Assembly: GCA_965198225.1 (NCBI GenBank)
Contig: CBDAOY010000008.1
Location: 1,088,001-1,152,000 of the forward strand
Direction: 5' to 3'
From: Terriglobia bacterium
GTDB taxonomy: Bacteria; Acidobacteriota; Terriglobia; 20CM-2-55-15
DNA: 64,000 nucleotides
Every line of letters starts with the position of its first letter. Position 1 is the stretch's first letter. Below the pieces are notes generated by a model that saw only the letters and a program-made list of their open reading frames with translations, was not told where the DNA came from and made no database searches. The position numbers were made by a program, and so were the translations under genes. Of this stretch, positions 61,030-64,000 are shown in pieces.

Positions 61030-64000
61030 ATGACGCCCCTGCAGTCTATGAAATCGAAGGCAGTTCCGTTCTTACTTGCCACAGGTCTTGCCCTGTCGCT
61101 CGCTCCACCGGTCGTCGTCCGGGCCGAGCGCTTGCCGATCACGAGCTACACGATCGCCGACGGTCTGGCTCATGAGCGGGTCAAGTGCGTTTTTCAGGAT
61201 TCGAAGGGTTTCCTGTGGTTCTGCACGTCGAACGGTTTGAACCGCTACGACGGTTACCGTTTTGCGACCTATCGCACCGAACACGGACTTCCGCATGTTT
61301 CGATTAACGACATGCTGGAAACGCGGTCTGGCGAATACTGGATCGCGACCAACGGCGGGGGTGTGGCCCGATTCCACCCCGATGGGACTCTCGACAGCCA
61401 CTCGCCGCTATTCACTGCCTACTCCCTGATCGAAGAGGGCACGACCGGAGCCGCGGCGGACGATCTTCGAGGAACTGCGGGTCCGCGACCCAACCGTGTC
61501 AACGTCTTGTACGAAGACCGCCGTCGACAACTATGGGCGGGCACCGACGACGGTCTGTTTCGCCTCGATACGACGGACCACTCTCCCACATTCAAGCGAG
61601 TCGAACTTGATTACCCCCTGGTTTCGGGTCAATTCCTGGCCATCTGGACTTTGATAGGAGACGATGAAGGCAATCTGTGGCTCGGCACATCGCGAGGGCT
61701 GACCAGACGGTATCCAGACGGCCGGACAGCGCACCACTCTGTCACGCCGGACCAGGACAACCTTTCGGTGCGAGCCCTGCTGGTAGAGGGCGGGAGGCTC
61801 TGGATCGGTCACGAAGCAGGTCTGACGATCGTTTATCCCGAACCGGCCTCGATGAGCGATTCCGATGCCCCGTTGCCGTGGCGGCGACTTCTATCCGACA
61901 GGTCCACATTGCCGTCAACTCCGGGCGACGCCATCTGGGTGACCCGCGCCGACGGTCTCGTCGACGAACACGTCCGCACGATGTATCAGACCTCCGATGG
62001 ACGAATTTGGCTGGGCTCCAACGGGGGCGGGTGGATTGGCTTCGGTGGGGGCGGACTGACCGAATTCGACGGCAAAACGTTCAAGAGCTACACACCGGCA
62101 GACGGCCTGGCCGACGACATGATCGTCGACCTCGCCGAAGGCCGGGACGGCAACCTCTGGGTTGGCACCGGATCCCGCGGCGCGATGAAGATTTCAACAC
62201 ACGGGTTTACTTCTTACGGCGAGATGGACGGCGTGGGCCATACCGTGGTGCGATCTCTTTTCGAAGACCGTAACCACAACATCTACGCGGTCGGAGACAG
62301 GCCGTTTATCAATCGCCTCGACGGAGGACGCTTCACTCAGATCGAACCGGTTCTGCCGGTGACGCCCACCGAAACGCTCGTGTGGAATTACAGCCTCGTT
62401 CAGGATCAAACGGACCACTGGTGGATCGGAACGCGGGAAGGCCTGTACCGCTTCGCGAACACCGATAGCATCGACCAGCTTGCAAACGAGCAAGCGACGA
62501 CCATCTACACGACACGAGACGGACTCGCCGGCAACCGGATTCTGAGTCTTTATGAGGACTCGCGGGGCGACATCTGGTTTGGAACCGAGGGCCGGGAGGT
62601 GCTTTCGCGATGGGAGCGCTCTACCGGCCTGTTTAATCACTATTCCGCGCAGAATGGCTTGCCCCCTTCCCAACCGTACGCTTATGCGGAGGACCGATCG
62701 GGCAACTTGTGGATTGGTTTCAATCGCGGTGGAGTGGTCCGCTACAGGGACGGACGGTTCGTGACCGTCCCGGACCTTCCCGGGGCTTCAAGCAGTCGGG
62801 TCTCGGGGCTGTACCTGGATCACGCCGGTCGAATCTGGATCCTGACCTCGGTCTCTGGTGTCACTCGCGTCGACGATCCCGACGCCGATCGACCCGGCTT
62901 TGTCACCTACACGTCCGCCCAAGGTTTGTCCAGCTGTGAGGCTACCTCAATCACGGAGGACGCGTACGGGCGGGTCTATGTTGCAGGATTCTGTGGCGTG
63001 AACCGGATCGACCCGGTAACAGATCGGATCAAGCACTACACGACGGCCGACGGGCTGGGCTCCAACGAAGTGGAGAGCGCATTCCGTGACAGCGGCGACA
63101 CTCTGTGGTTCGGCACGAAGAGGGGTATCTCACGGCTGATTCCCAGAGAAGAACCTCCGGAACAGCCTCCGCCTGTCCTGATCCGCGGCCTGCGCATCTC
63201 GGGCCAGCGCTATCCGGTGTCGGAGCTGGGCGATGCCTTGATAGATGAGATCCAGCTTGGACCGGCTCAGAATCACATCGAGATCGATTTTGTCGGCCTC
63301 AGCTTTGCTCTGGGTCGTCAACTTCGTTATGAGTACGTACTCGAAGGCGCCGACACGGATTGGAATGAACCGACCGACCAGAACACCATCATCTACGGCA
63401 GCCTTTCACCGGGCCAATACCGCTTCCAGGTGCGCGCCCTCGATGCCGATGGTCTAACGAGCACCACGCCTGCTGTGATGGCCTTCACGATCCTTCCGCC
63501 CCTGTGGCAACGGGGATGGGTACTGAGCCTGGCGGTTCTTGTGATCGCTTCGCTCGCGTATGGGCTGTACCGGTACCGCCTGGAACAGCTACTCCACGTC
63601 GAGCGGATGCGCACCCGGATCGCGGCAGACCTCCACGACGATATCGGCGCAGGACTCTCGCGGATAGTGCTTCTCAGTGAAGTTCTCCGGCGTGAAGAGG
63701 GACCCAATGAGCGAGGCTCCGAGCGGTTGACCAAGATCGCGGACACGGGGCGAGAGCTCGTCGATTCGATGGCCGACATCGTCTGGTCGATGAACCCGCT
63801 GCGCGATGACTTGAGGAGCCTGGTCCTGCGGATTCGGCAGTTCGCCTCGGATTTGTTGGAGATCAAGGGTATCGAATGGGAGTTCCGGTCACCCGAAATA
63901 CTGGACGACGTCAAGCTTTCGCCGGACGTGCGACGGCATGTCCTGTCGATTTTCAAGGAAGCCCTCAACAACATCGTGCGACATGCCGACTGCCGGTCGG
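61030..64000 (+). CDS. Second paralogous propeller/Y_Y_Y histidine kinase (runs off window)
   Basis: Collinear with 56775-59970; ADLHDDIG, KEALNN. Confidence 0.9.
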   Translation, partial: MTPLQSMKSKAVPFLLATGLALSLAPPVVVRAERLPITSYTIADGLAHERVKCVFQDSKGFLWFCTSNGLNRYDGYRFATYRTEHGLPHVSINDMLETRSGEYWIATNGGGVARFHPDGTLDSHSPLFTAYSLIEEGTTGAAADDLRGTAGPRPNRVNVLYEDRRRQLWAGTDDGLFRLDTTDHSPTFKRVELDYPLVSGQFLAIWTLIGDDEGNLWLGTSRGLTRRYPDGRTAHHSVTPDQDNLSVRALLVEGGRLWIGHEAGLTIVYPEPASMSDSDAPLPWRRLLSDRSTLPSTPGDAIWVTRADGLVDEHVRTMYQTSDGRIWLGSNGGGWIGFGGGGLTEFDGKTFKSYTPADGLADDMIVDLAEGRDGNLWVGTGSRGAMKISTHGFTSYGEMDGVGHTVVRSLFEDRNHNIYAVGDRPFINRLDGGRFTQIEPVLPVTPTETLVWNYSLVQDQTDHWWIGTREGLYRFANTDSIDQLANEQATTIYTTRDGLAGNRILSLYEDSRGDIWFGTEGREVLSRWERSTGLFNHYSAQNGLPPSQPYAYAEDRSGNLWIGFNRGGVVRYRDGRFVTVPDLPGASSSRVSGLYLDHAGRIWILTSVSGVTRVDDPDADRPGFVTYTSAQGLSSCEATSITEDAYGRVYVAGFCGVNRIDPVTDRIKHYTTADGLGSNEVESAFRDSGDTLWFGTKRGISRLIPREEPPEQPPPVLIRGLRISGQRYPVSELGDALIDEIQLGPAQNHIEIDFVGLSFALGRQLRYEYVLEGADTDWNEPTDQNTIIYGSLSPGQYRFQVRALDADGLTSTTPAVMAFTILPPLWQRGWVLSLAVLVIASLAYGLYRYRLEQLLHVERMRTRIAADLHDDIGAGLSRIVLLSEVLRREEGPNERGSERLTKIADTGRELVDSMADIVWSMNPLRDDLRSLVLRIRQFASDLLEIKGIEWEFRSPEILDDVKLSPDVRRHVLSIFKEALNNIVRHADCRS

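Overview
GC-rich bacterial chromosomal window. The Oar-type TonB receptor, kinase-TolB fusion and propeller/Y_Y_Y histidine kinases suggest Acidobacteriota (inference). The backbone holds a Fur-rubrerythrin fusion with a TonB receptor, TlpA, an HD dNTPase, M20/M23/M19 peptidases, NRAMP, NTT-HEAT-cNMP, tldDE, msrA, cyclophilin, two paralogous sensor kinases and tRNA-Glu. The mobile layer is rich: an IS630 end; two structured MITEs sharing its terminus; GTAG-type REPs, one split by a nested MITE; and a class C group II intron behind a terminator. It also includes a ~14.8 kb tyrosine-integrase island that duplicates the 5' half of tRNA-Gln(CTG). The island carries pentapeptide-TIR, orphan KhpA, an ECF/anti-sigma pair, GGDEF, a LAS peptidase, an IS21 with CC..GG ends and a histone-fold-like protein. 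Many frameshifts and short tandem duplications look like consensus errors, so pseudogene calls are provisional.
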